Positions 1 through 8,682 of a stretch of DNA of 30,114 nt are shown here, one piece after another. Position 1 is the first letter of the stretch, and every line of letters begins with the position of its first letter. The stretch spans positions 1 to 30,114 of the forward strand of contig JAOZFT010000018.1 of assembly GCA_027492035.1 (NCBI GenBank), in the 5' to 3' direction. This DNA comes from Thermoproteota archaeon (GTDB taxonomy: Archaea; Korarchaeota; JAOZGF01; JAOZFZ01). Both the position numbers and the translations under genes were made by a program. Under the pieces are notes generated by a model. The model was not told the origin of the DNA and did no database searches. It saw only the letters and a program-made list of their open reading frames with translations.

Positions 1-84
1 TATGTACATATCAGGATATTTGTCTTGTAGTTCTCTTGCATGCTTCCTTATCCACCTTATACTCTCAGCGAGCTCGCTACCCAT
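1..84 (-). CDS. 5' part of a DUF5678-like small protein (runs off the left edge)
   Basis: Manual translation from ATG at 84 gives MGSELAESIRWIRKHARELQDKYPDMYI..., with a GGTG RBS upstream. The W-x3-H-x2-EL-x2-KY-x3-(Y/W)I pattern resembles the DUF5678 N-terminus. Confidence 0.6.
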   Translation of the reverse strand, partial: MGSELAESIRWIRKHARELQDKYPDMYI

Positions 85-414
85 ATTCGCACCTACAACA
101 TAGTTTAGACTACCTACTTAAATATTATTTTTTACCATATGAATCTTTCCCTCCTTTTCCCCAGAAATAATTAATAGCTTCATCTTTCCCAAGAAGAACG
201 TTTGCACTTCGCGACTTATGGTTTAGTCCAAGAGCCCTTTTAATTTTGACTTCAGCCGAAGTTGTACTTTTTTCTCCTGATATCTTTTAAAGGCTTTTAA
301 TGAAGCATCCTTAGAGGTTGAATTTGCCAGAAGTTTCCTTGTGAAACGTAACTACCAAACACGTTCTTTTGCTTACAGTTGGCGCCATTTATTTTGTGGG
401 TGAAAGAATTCTTT

Positions 415-1584
415 TCAGTTTTCTATGTCCTGTGCTGACGCCCGGTAAAACATCATCATAGCTAAGAAAAGAAGCATAGAGGAGGTAAGGAAAGGTGTAG
501 TTGGGTTTAGATAATCATACATGTAACCTCCAATGTATGGTGATGGAATAGCTGCTACAGCTCGGTAAGTGTTTATTTTAGAGTACTCTAACACCCTGTA
601 CTCCTTTTTTGAGTTCATGGACACTGCTTTGTTGTAAGAAGGTATCCACAACGAAATTGATAATCCAACCATTATCACTCCCAAAATAAGTGAGTAAACA
701 GATTTCAGAACACCTAAAAATAAAGCTGAAGAAAGTCCTGCAAATTCGGAAAGTATCAACCCTTTGATGTAACCTATTTTATCAATCCATTTGCCTGTTA
801 TGTATTGTGTCACTAAGGTGGTGAAACCCATTATGGAGTTTAAAAAACCTACCTCTACGGTTGATAAACCGTATGCCTGACTCATGAAAGCATTTAATAA
901 AGGAGACCATAAGGCCCAACCAAACCTATCCAGAACCGTGGAAATGTAAAGCCAAGTCAATTTCTTTCTAGGTTTCAGAACAGAGGCAATTTCTCCCCAA
1001 GAAATTTTTTCACCTTTCCTTGCAGAAGTTTCTATACTGCCAACCCAAAAAAGTAAGGTTCCTGCCAGCACCGTCACTCCTGCAAAAATAAATGTTAGTC
1101 GGTACCCTACTAAACTAGCTAGTACACCTGACACTGAAGGTATAGATACACGTGCAAGGAAAAACCAAGACACAACTATCCCAAAGGCTTCACCCATTTT
1201 TTCTTTAGAAACAGACTCAGCAACCATTGCCCCTCTTGCTGATTGTCCCCCAAAAAAAGAGAGCATGTTTAAGGCGTATGCTAAAATAAACCATATATAA
1301 AATCTTGTTGAAGCTGTTACGAATAAACTCACAGCTAAAGATAAACCAGCTAAAATTATGAAAGGTTTCCTGCCGTAGTAATCTGCAAATAACCCTAAAA
1401 AAGATATGGGAACAGCTACTGAAAGACTAGATAGTGTAGTTATTTCCCCTATCCTACTCATTCCATACCCTAAAGATACCAAGTAAAGAGGGAAAAGAGT
1501 AAAGAAAGTACTGCTGCCCACACCGCTCAAGAAAGAATATAATGAAAGAATACGAATATTCCTTGTTAAACCCATATGTTTCAT
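415..1584 (-). CDS. MFS transporter
   Basis: About 12 hydrophobic helices, with MFS motif A in both halves (GLFADYYGRK, GKWIDKIG). The ORF track extends to 1719, but the MFS-like sequence begins at MKHMGLTRN, so the start is probably 1584 or 1575. Confidence 0.9.
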   Translation of the reverse strand: MKHMGLTRNIRILSLYSFLSGVGSSTFFTLFPLYLVSLGYGMSRIGEITTLSSLSVAVPISFLGLFADYYGRKPFIILAGLSLAVSLFVTASTRFYIWFILAYALNMLSFFGGQSARGAMVAESVSKEKMGEAFGIVVSWFFLARVSIPSVSGVLASLVGYRLTFIFAGVTVLAGTLLFWVGSIETSARKGEKISWGEIASVLKPRKKLTWLYISTVLDRFGWALWSPLLNAFMSQAYGLSTVEVGFLNSIMGFTTLVTQYITGKWIDKIGYIKGLILSEFAGLSSALFLGVLKSVYSLILGVIMVGLSISLWIPSYNKAVSMNSKKEYRVLEYSKINTYRAVAAIPSPYIGGYMYDYLNPTTPFLTSSMLLFLAMMMFYRASAQDIEN

Positions 1585-1772
1585 CTTTAATAAATTTTTC
1601 TTGACTGCACTTCCATGGAAGGAATTTGCCATGAAACATTTAATTCTTAATTTAAAATTTTTTGGTGAAAGCCTTTCTGGGAAAAAAAGAAAAGAAGCAG
1701 TAAAGTATGCAATCAACACTGTAACGTATAATGAATAAACTCAAAAAATCTAAGACTAGGTAAAGAACTGTT

Positions 1773-2633
1773 TTATTTTTTCAGTTTCTCTCTCAGGTAA
1801 CTTATTATTTTACCAGCTATATTCTGCCCTGTAGCAAATGTCAATCCTCTGAATTGAGGTGAATGATTTACTTCATGCACCAACAGTTTGTCCCCTTTCT
1901 CAATTAAGTCTATCCCAACTATTTCGCCGTAAACAGCATCTGAAGCTTTTAAGCTTATTTCAGTTATTTCAGGGGTTATTTTACATTTTATTGCTTTACC
2001 GTTAACAGCTAAATTGCTCCTCCAATCTTTTTCAGCGTTATATCTATACATTGCCGCGACTACTTCATCTCCTACCACGAAAACCCTTATGTCTCTTGTG
2101 TTTTTAATGTATTCTTGAACATAATACACTTTTTGGTATGAATTACCTAGTAGTTCCCTGTCCTCCAAAACTGCTTTCCCTGATTCATAATCATTTACTT
2201 TAGCTACTAACCTACCCCAGCTTCCAATTGAAGGCTTAAGGATGCAAGGAAAACCTATTTTCTCCATTGTTTTAAGAGCTTGCTCTTTATCGAAGGCCAC
2301 AAAAGTTTTTGGAGTTGGCACCTTTCTTCTCAACAAATTTAGAGAAGTAATTATTTTGTCACCGCATAAACTTATGGTTTTAAATGAATTTATGATTTGA
2401 ACCCCCCAATTTTCAAGTAAAGCAGTGGAGTAATAGGCGTCGAAAAAACCCATAACTCTTTGTAAAACAAGTTTCTGCTTCCAATCTTGCCTTAAACCAC
2501 TACATTCAGCAGATATTGGTAAAGATAAATCGTTAATGAAAGCTAAATTTAACTTAAGTCCTTCCTTTTCGCTTTGCTTTAATAAAACTTTTTCTTCCCA
2601 TGAAACCCTGCTGCAAAGAATAGTTGCCTCCAT
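1773..2633 (-). CDS. lysX: RimK-family ATP-grasp ligase, LysX/ArgX type ([LysW]-aminoadipate/glutamate ligase-like)
   Basis: Motifs LCGDK, KPSIGSWGRLVAK, YYVQEYI, RDIRVFVVG, WRSNLA and GIDLIE...EVNHSPQF are typical of LysX/ArgX. Confidence 0.8.
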   Translation of the reverse strand: MEATILCSRVSWEEKVLLKQSEKEGLKLNLAFINDLSLPISAECSGLRQDWKQKLVLQRVMGFFDAYYSTALLENWGVQIINSFKTISLCGDKIITSLNLLRRKVPTPKTFVAFDKEQALKTMEKIGFPCILKPSIGSWGRLVAKVNDYESGKAVLEDRELLGNSYQKVYYVQEYIKNTRDIRVFVVGDEVVAAMYRYNAEKDWRSNLAVNGKAIKCKITPEITEISLKASDAVYGEIVGIDLIEKGDKLLVHEVNHSPQFRGLTFATGQNIAGKIISYLREKLKK

Positions 2634-2803
2634 TTAGAACCCTTTTCCTTTTTAGATGGTTTTCAAATTGAAAAAAGTGTTTTTAGAGCTTAAAGCCTTT
2701 ATTTTTAACTTTAACGTAACAAAAGTCACTCCAACTTAGAGTTTTTGTTACAAGAAGAACAAGGCTTATTTGTTTCTTTCAAGTTTAAATTGAGATAGTT
2801 TCT

Positions 2804-3502
2804 TTAAGATTTACTGCTTACCTGTTTTCCCCCGTAAACAGCAGCTGCAATTCTCCGGTTTAAAACATGTAAATCAGAGTTTATTTCAATGGTTATGTAT
2901 TCTCCAAAAGGGTCTCGACTTCCAATTTTCACTTTTACACCTGGCTTCAAATGAAGTGAAGAAAGGTAATTCAGGATTTCACGGTTTTCATCCGCGATTT
3001 TTACAATGACCACTGTACTTCCTGGTTTAAAATCAATCAAAGGCTTTGAAAAGTCTTCAAACACTCCTCCACATGAGGTAGGTATTGGGTTTCCATGTGG
3101 ACAAGTTTTAGGGTGCCCTAACACTTTTCTAAGCGACTTAATCATGTCCTCAGTCAAACTATGCTCCAATCTACAAGCTAATTCATGAGACTTGTCCCAG
3201 TCCATGTGAAGGATATCAGTTAATAATCTCTCTGCCAATCTATGTTTCATAATTACATTTAAAGCTATTTTTCGTCCTTTTACAGTTAACTTAACGCCTT
3301 TATAAGGTTTATGAACAATGTAACCCTGCTTCTTTAACCTTTTCACAGTATTTGTAATTGTACCTAAGGCAACTTGCATTTGTTGAGCAATTTCGCTTGT
3401 TTTAGCCCATCCCTCTTTCTCTTCAAGCCTGTAAATTGCTTCCAGGTACTCTTCAACTATTTGAGATATCTGTTCCCCTTCTTGAGGAGCTATGTTCACC
3501 AT
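2804..3502 (-). CDS. DtxR/MntR-family metal-dependent transcriptional repressor with C-terminal FeoA domain
   Basis: EEYLEAIYRL wHTH, metal-site motifs KHRLAERLL and ACRLEH, the CPHGNPIP linker, and a FeoA-like tail (YLSSLHLKPG). Confidence 0.93.
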   Translation of the reverse strand: MVNIAPQEGEQISQIVEEYLEAIYRLEEKEGWAKTSEIAQQMQVALGTITNTVKRLKKQGYIVHKPYKGVKLTVKGRKIALNVIMKHRLAERLLTDILHMDWDKSHELACRLEHSLTEDMIKSLRKVLGHPKTCPHGNPIPTSCGGVFEDFSKPLIDFKPGSTVVIVKIADENREILNYLSSLHLKPGVKVKIGSRDPFGEYITIEINSDLHVLNRRIAAAVYGGKQVSSKS

Positions 3503-3526
3503 GTACTAATTCCCTCATTCAATAAG

Positions 3527-3560
3527 TACGATTAATCGTATTTATAAATTTTTCTTTTCG
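3527..3560 (-). promoter_or_regulatory. Archaeal BRE/TATA promoter with an abutting perfect 14-bp palindrome (candidate operator) upstream of the DtxR gene
   Basis: The minus strand reads CGAAAAGAAAAA (BRE-like), TTTATAAA (3541-3548), TACGATTAATCGTA (3527-3540, perfect palindrome), then a GAGGGA RBS and the ATG at 3502. Confidence 0.65.
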
Positions 3561-3691
3561 CACTTTTCAACCCCTTTTTTCCCAACTTTTGAACTTTAAT
3601 CTAGATTCTAATTCATCCAATTTAAGCGGAGAGGAGGGTGTTTTCAAATAGGTAGCTACTTCGAAAAAGATGTTTTTCGTCTTTATGATTT

Positions 3692-4405
3692 TTAAGGCAG
3701 AAAAAGTTTAAAATATGGAGCTAGACCTGAGTACATGAATTTAACGCCATAAAACATTATTACGAGTGAAATTAAAACCAAGAAGGCACTATAGATCTTA
3801 CTGCTAAAGAATTTTCTCCCCTTCTCTGCTATGGTGGATAGAATGATAAGCCAGAAATAATCCATCCAAATATGGGAAACAAAAAGTATAAATATACCTA
3901 AGGATCCTGCCAAGTTTAAAGCTTGAATAATTAAGGTTCCTCCTACAAAAACCCACCAAATAAGGAAGTAGGGGTTTAAAGCTGAAAGCAAAACACCTGT
4001 TAATAAAGGGGATTTAATTTTGGAAAAAGTAGAATCCTTAGAATTGCTTAAGGAGTTACTTCCATACCCCTCCTTGACAGTGTCTCTCACCATTAAGTAA
4101 CCTAGAACAATTAAAAGAACCCCTCCTACAACACTTATTAAGTCTCTCAGAAGGCTTCCCGTCAAGAAAAAAGCCAGGTTAGCGGCAATTAATAAAATTA
4201 AAGGGAACTCTACAACCATGTGGCCAGTACTCATCTTTAAACCTGCCTTCCATCCCTCATCTGAACCCATAGCTATTGCTGAGGCGGTTAAAGGGCCAGG
4301 AGCAAAAACTCCAGAGGATGTAATCAAAACAACTTGAAAAATAAAACCTAACAACAATTCTCCCTCGTTTTTGAAAGAAAACATCGAGAAAGTTAAGTTT
4401 TTCAA
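3692..4405 (-). CDS. LysE-family translocator
   Basis: APGP motif, GH...E, LNPYFLIWW and about 6 TM helices. The true start is probably TTG at 4357 or 4354, after a GAGGGA RBS. Confidence 0.88.
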   Translation of the reverse strand: MKNLTFSMFSFKNEGELLLGFIFQVVLITSSGVFAPGPLTASAIAMGSDEGWKAGLKMSTGHMVVEFPLILLIAANLAFFLTGSLLRDLISVVGGVLLIVLGYLMVRDTVKEGYGSNSLSNSKDSTFSKIKSPLLTGVLLSALNPYFLIWWVFVGGTLIIQALNLAGSLGIFILFVSHIWMDYFWLIILSTIAEKGRKFFSSKIYSAFLVLISLVIMFYGVKFMYSGLAPYFKLFLP

Positions 4406-4687
4406 TGAGTTTAATTTTTCTCCAAAGGTTAATTCTTATTTTTAAAAATTTTTCTCTTACCGGTTTTATTAACTTATTATTGGTACAATTTTCTGAGGAT
4501 ATGTGAAGTTCGTGGAGTGTGGAAGCAGAGCAAAGTCGCATATTCCCTATATTTTTTGGAGTTTAGTAGTGCTATTTCCCTAAATGCTCAAAAATTTCTT
4601 CCCGCTTAACAAATTTTTAAAAGGGAGTGAATTGGTTAAAAAATATGTTTAACAAATATTTGCAAAACAGGTTTTAGGTGTTTTGAA

Positions 4688-5890
4688 ATGGATTTCTCTT
4701 TAAGTGAAGAACAGGAATTAATAAGGAGAAATATTAGGGAATTTTGTGAAAAGGAACTGGAGCCTGTAGCTCCTGAAATAGATGAGAAAGGGGAAATACC
4801 GAGAAGAATAATTAAAAAAATGGGTGAACTCGGCTTTTTTGGCGTTTTTGCATCTTCTGAATACGGTGGGTCTGAAGGTGACTACGTTTCAGCGGCAATT
4901 ATAGCTGAAGAAATAGCTAAAGCAGACATAAGTGTAGCCACCTCTGTTTATTACTTGTTAAATGTTGCATGGGGAAAAATAGTGGAAATGTTTGGAACAG
5001 AAGAGGTCAAAGAAAAATATCTCCCAAAAATGATTAAGGGAGATTTCTTCATAGGAATAGCTTCAACGGAGCCTGGAGGAGGTTCAGACTTGGCTTCAAT
5101 CAAGACAAACGCTGTCAAAAAAGGAAACAAATTTTTTATAAATGGAGAAAAGGCATACATTAGCGGAGTAAGGGAATCCTCACTTTACGGTGGAGGCTAC
5201 GTCACCCTAACGAAAACAGACCCTGCCAAAGGCCATAAGGGAATAAGTCTTTTATTTGTTCCAATAAAAGAAACAAAAGGTATTTCAACAAGTTTGATCC
5301 ATAACATGGGCAGGACAGGTATATCAACGGGAATAATAACTTTTAAAGACGCTGAAGTGTCTGAAAATTACTTAATAGGAGAATATAACAGAGGATTTTA
5401 TCATGCAATGACTGGTTTCAACCATGCAAGACTTCTTGTTGCAGCTGCATGTGTAGGCTCAGCTGAAAAAGCTCTCGAAATAGGAATAAATTACATTAAA
5501 GAAAGGAAAGCATTCGGCAGACCAATAGGGAAATATGAAGGTATACAGTTCCAATTAGTTGACGATTACACGCAACTAGAAGCAGTGAAACTAATTATTT
5601 ACAAAGCAGCATGGATGATAGACCAATACCACAGAAACAAAAGGTTTACTCAAAGAGAAATAGGCACTGTAGTTGCTGAAGCCAAAAGTTTAGCGCCTCA
5701 AATAGCTTTCAAAACAATAAAGGATGTAATGATGTGGCATGGAGCGTTTGGTTACTCGACGGATTCACCTCTTCACAGGGCATTTAAAGGAGTTACATCC
5801 TATGTTGTAGGTGCTGAAGGAGCACAAAACATAATGAAAATCATAATAGGAAGTGCTTTACTTGGGAAAGAATTTGTCCCATACAGATAA
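4688..5890 (+). CDS. Acyl-CoA dehydrogenase
   Basis: MDFSLSEEQELIR start, STEPGGGSDL, NGEKAYIS, RKAFGRPIGKYEGIQF, HGAFGYS and GAEGAQNI. Confidence 0.95.
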   Translation: MDFSLSEEQELIRRNIREFCEKELEPVAPEIDEKGEIPRRIIKKMGELGFFGVFASSEYGGSEGDYVSAAIIAEEIAKADISVATSVYYLLNVAWGKIVEMFGTEEVKEKYLPKMIKGDFFIGIASTEPGGGSDLASIKTNAVKKGNKFFINGEKAYISGVRESSLYGGGYVTLTKTDPAKGHKGISLLFVPIKETKGISTSLIHNMGRTGISTGIITFKDAEVSENYLIGEYNRGFYHAMTGFNHARLLVAAACVGSAEKALEIGINYIKERKAFGRPIGKYEGIQFQLVDDYTQLEAVKLIIYKAAWMIDQYHRNKRFTQREIGTVVAEAKSLAPQIAFKTIKDVMMWHGAFGYSTDSPLHRAFKGVTSYVVGAEGAQNIMKIIIGSALLGKEFVPYR

Positions 5891-5962
5891 AGATTTTTCC
5901 ACCCCCAAATTCTTATCTTATGCATCGTTTTTTCTATGTTGTAAACAGGGTGGAGGATAAGG

Positions 5963-6754
5963 ATGGATCTGGGTTTGAAAGGTAAAGTTGCTGTTGTAAC
6001 TGCTTCAAGTAAAGGGATAGGTAAAGCTGCAGCTTTTAGCTTGGCTCAAGAGGGAGCTAATGTAGTTCTATGCGCTAGAGGGAAGAAAACTTTGGAAGCG
6101 GCAGCGGAGGAAATTAGGGAAAAAACAGGTGTAAAAGTGTTAGCTGTACAAGCTGATGTTTCAAAACCAATGGATATAAAGAATTTAGTGAACCAAGCAA
6201 TAAAAGAATTCGAAACAATAGATATTCTGGTAAGTAACGCAGGAGGTCCTCCCCCAGGAGAATTCATGGATTTCACAGATGAAGATTGGAACTACGCCTT
6301 AAACCTAAACTTTTTAAGTGTAATTCGTTTAATCAGGGAAGTTATACCTTACATGAAAGAAAAAAGGTGGGGAAGAATAATAAACATCTTGTCTGTGGCA
6401 GCTAAACAGCCTTTCGACAACCTTGTTTTATCTAATGCAGCAAGAGCTGGAGTAATAGGTTTAACTAAAACCTTATCCAAAGAATTTGCGAAATTTAACA
6501 TATTAATCAATAATGTTTGTCCCGGTTTAACAGCAACTGATAGATTGAAAGAAGTCATTAAAGCTAAAGCTGATAAAGATGGAGTAAGCTATGAAGAGGA
6601 AGAAAAAAAGTTTGTTGCTGATGTGCCTTTAAAAAGGTTAGCGAAACCTGAAGAAATAGCCAACTTAATAGTTTTTCTCGCTTCTGAAAAAGCAAGCTTC
6701 ATAACAGGTGCAACCATCCAAGTGGACGGCGGGTTCATAAAGGGAAATTATTGA
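5963..6754 (+). CDS. Short-chain dehydrogenase/reductase (FabG-like SDR)
   Basis: TASSKGIG Rossmann motif, SNAGGPPPG, SNAAR in place of YxxxK (a known SDR subfamily pattern), NNVCPG and VDGG. Confidence 0.92.
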   Translation: MDLGLKGKVAVVTASSKGIGKAAAFSLAQEGANVVLCARGKKTLEAAAEEIREKTGVKVLAVQADVSKPMDIKNLVNQAIKEFETIDILVSNAGGPPPGEFMDFTDEDWNYALNLNFLSVIRLIREVIPYMKEKRWGRIINILSVAAKQPFDNLVLSNAARAGVIGLTKTLSKEFAKFNILINNVCPGLTATDRLKEVIKAKADKDGVSYEEEEKKFVADVPLKRLAKPEEIANLIVFLASEKASFITGATIQVDGGFIKGNY

Positions 6755-6793
6755 GAAATGAGGGAAATCTTCCCCTTAAACCAGTGAAAAAGG

Positions 6794-8026
6794 TTATAAG
6801 TTATATTTTGTTTCTGTTTTATTTTCAACCACTACCTTACCTTTACTTATAACAAATTGTGGTGGTTCATGGTATTGCAAAGCTTCCCATACTGTTTCCG
6901 CATTTAAAACAACTAAGTTTGCAATGTTTCCCTTCTTCAAACCATACCTCGGTATACAAAGTATTTCTGCCGGATACCTAGTTACCATGTCATACAGTGT
7001 TTCCATGTCTTTGATTGTTGTAGCCCATAATATATGTGACGCTAAAAAAGCTATTTCTAACATGTTATTTTGTCCATATGGGTAATAAGCATCTGTTATA
7101 TCGTCTTGGCCTAATGCAACGTTCACTCCTGCTTGTAAAAGCTGTTTAACCTTTGCATGTAAAGGGCCTGTATGAGGGTCAGAAACAACCCCTATTTTTG
7201 CTTTCTTCAACAAATTCATTAATCTTTGGAAATAAGCGTTAGGATATACTTGCATAGCTCTTGCATGGTGTACAGACACCTTTCCAACCCATTCTTCCTT
7301 CAATGTTTTCACGGCCAACATCTCTGTAGTTTTGAAGGTTGGGTCTCCTGTATCATCTGTTAACATAGCTACATTTTTACCGTATTCTTTAGCGATTTCA
7401 AACATTTTATCAATGTGTTTCTGCATATCCTCCTCTGTATCCTCTATCCAAGGTATCCCGCCTACAACCTCCGCACCTGCTTCAACTGCTTCTTTAACGT
7501 ATTTCTCAGTTCCTGGATCCTTTTCTACACCATCTTGTGGAAAAGCAACTACTTGGATTGTGCACACGTCCTGAAATTCCTTTTTAAGCTTAAGAAGTGC
7601 TTTAACACCTTTAAGTTTTGCTTTGGTGTCTACGTCAACGAATGCACGATAATAAAGCACTCCATGTTTCAAACCAAGCATTAAAGCCTTTTTCGCGTTT
7701 CGATATATCTGCTCTTCCCTATGTTTCTCCTTGACTTTTGACGCTATCTCTATTGCTAATGCAGCTTTCGACATTGTAGAGGATTGATAAAGCTTCAAAG
7801 CTTCTTCTCCTACCATTTTCATGGTGTAAACTTTGCACATGTGAATATGAGCATTAACAAATGACTCTGTTACAAGTTTACCCTGTGCATTAATTTCTTC
7901 TTCTCCTTTAGCAAGATTTGAACCTATTTTCGCTATAACCCCGTTATTAACGGCTATGTCTAGTTTTTTGTTTGGGAATGAACGGATCCTAGCGTTTCTA
8001 ACAACTAAATCATATTTCTCAATCAA
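6794..8026 (-). CDS. Amidohydrolase of the cytosine/creatinine deaminase (CodA-like) family
   Basis: FVNAHIH metal motif, QVVAFPQDG, VVGGIP, NVALGQDD...YYPYG and ANLVVL. Confidence 0.88.
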   Translation of the reverse strand: MIEKYDLVVRNARIRSFPNKKLDIAVNNGVIAKIGSNLAKGEEEINAQGKLVTESFVNAHIHMCKVYTMKMVGEEALKLYQSSTMSKAALAIEIASKVKEKHREEQIYRNAKKALMLGLKHGVLYYRAFVDVDTKAKLKGVKALLKLKKEFQDVCTIQVVAFPQDGVEKDPGTEKYVKEAVEAGAEVVGGIPWIEDTEEDMQKHIDKMFEIAKEYGKNVAMLTDDTGDPTFKTTEMLAVKTLKEEWVGKVSVHHARAMQVYPNAYFQRLMNLLKKAKIGVVSDPHTGPLHAKVKQLLQAGVNVALGQDDITDAYYPYGQNNMLEIAFLASHILWATTIKDMETLYDMVTRYPAEILCIPRYGLKKGNIANLVVLNAETVWEALQYHEPPQFVISKGKVVVENKTETKYNL

Positions 8027-8150
8027 TCCTAACCCCTCTTTCCCTAAAAAAAGGAGATGAAGTTTAAAAAGCTATAAAAAGGGTTAAAGGAAATAAGTGG
8101 TGACGTAGTCACGCAGTGTTGAAGCTTTTTTTTGAGTTGTTTTTGTTCCT

Positions 8151-8552
8151 TTATTTTCTCAGGATTTCCAGAACTATTTTTGACCCCTGCTTCACTTTCT
8201 TAAGTCCTTCCAAGTTATTTCTCACTTTACCTACAACATTTACCGGACTTGCAGGAACTATTTCATCTCCTCTGCTTAGAGGTGTTTGACCAAAAAATAT
8301 ACATATAGCTTTGCCCGGGGGCCAGTAGGCGATGTCTCCCTTTTCAACTTTGGAACTTGTTTTTTCAAGGTTTATTTGTAGATCTGTGGAAAAATAGATT
8401 TCATCCCCCCAAAGGTTCACTCTCCCCTCAATTGGCAATGCCTCCACAATTTTTTGGTAAGTTTTAGGATTAAGCTTTTTAATTAACGTCGCCCTTACTT
8501 CCCCTACTCCCTCTATTTGTATTTTTATTTCTACTTTATCCATTTTATCCAC
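8151..8552 (-). CDS. Cyclophilin-like fold protein (DUF369/TM1367-like)
   Basis: ALPIEGRVNLWGDEIYF, GDIAYWPPGKAICIFFGQTP and PASPVNVVG. Confidence 0.88.
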   Translation of the reverse strand: MDKMDKVEIKIQIEGVGEVRATLIKKLNPKTYQKIVEALPIEGRVNLWGDEIYFSTDLQINLEKTSSKVEKGDIAYWPPGKAICIFFGQTPLSRGDEIVPASPVNVVGKVRNNLEGLKKVKQGSKIVLEILRK

Positions 8553-8682
8553 TTTATTTCCCCTGTTTAACAGTTCTTTTACACCTTTTCTTAAACTTAT
8601 TTATGTCTTAAGCAAATTTTTCAATCCTCCTAAAAAAGTGTTGAAAATTTTTCCTTTGTTTAGTTTAAGGAAAACGGAAACA

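Noticed and set aside
120-414. Broken minus-strand reading frames (TRKLLANSTSKDASLKAFKRYQEKK...)
   Set aside because: Interrupted by a stop, no clear start or RBS, and no recognisable motif; I cannot support a gene or pseudogene call.
1454-1639. 61-aa alternative-frame ORF, and the 1585-1719 N-terminal extension of the MFS ORF
   Set aside because: It overlaps the MFS start in another frame. The extension is low-complexity AT-rich intergenic-like sequence with no MFS character.
4635-4653. GTTAAA-N7-TTTAAC dyad upstream of the acyl-CoA dehydrogenase
   Set aside because: AT-rich arms in AT-rich DNA; too weak without comparative data.
8100-8112. Short dyad GTGAC-GTA-GTCAC upstream of the deaminase
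   Set aside because: Only 5-bp arms, single occurrence, compatible with chance.
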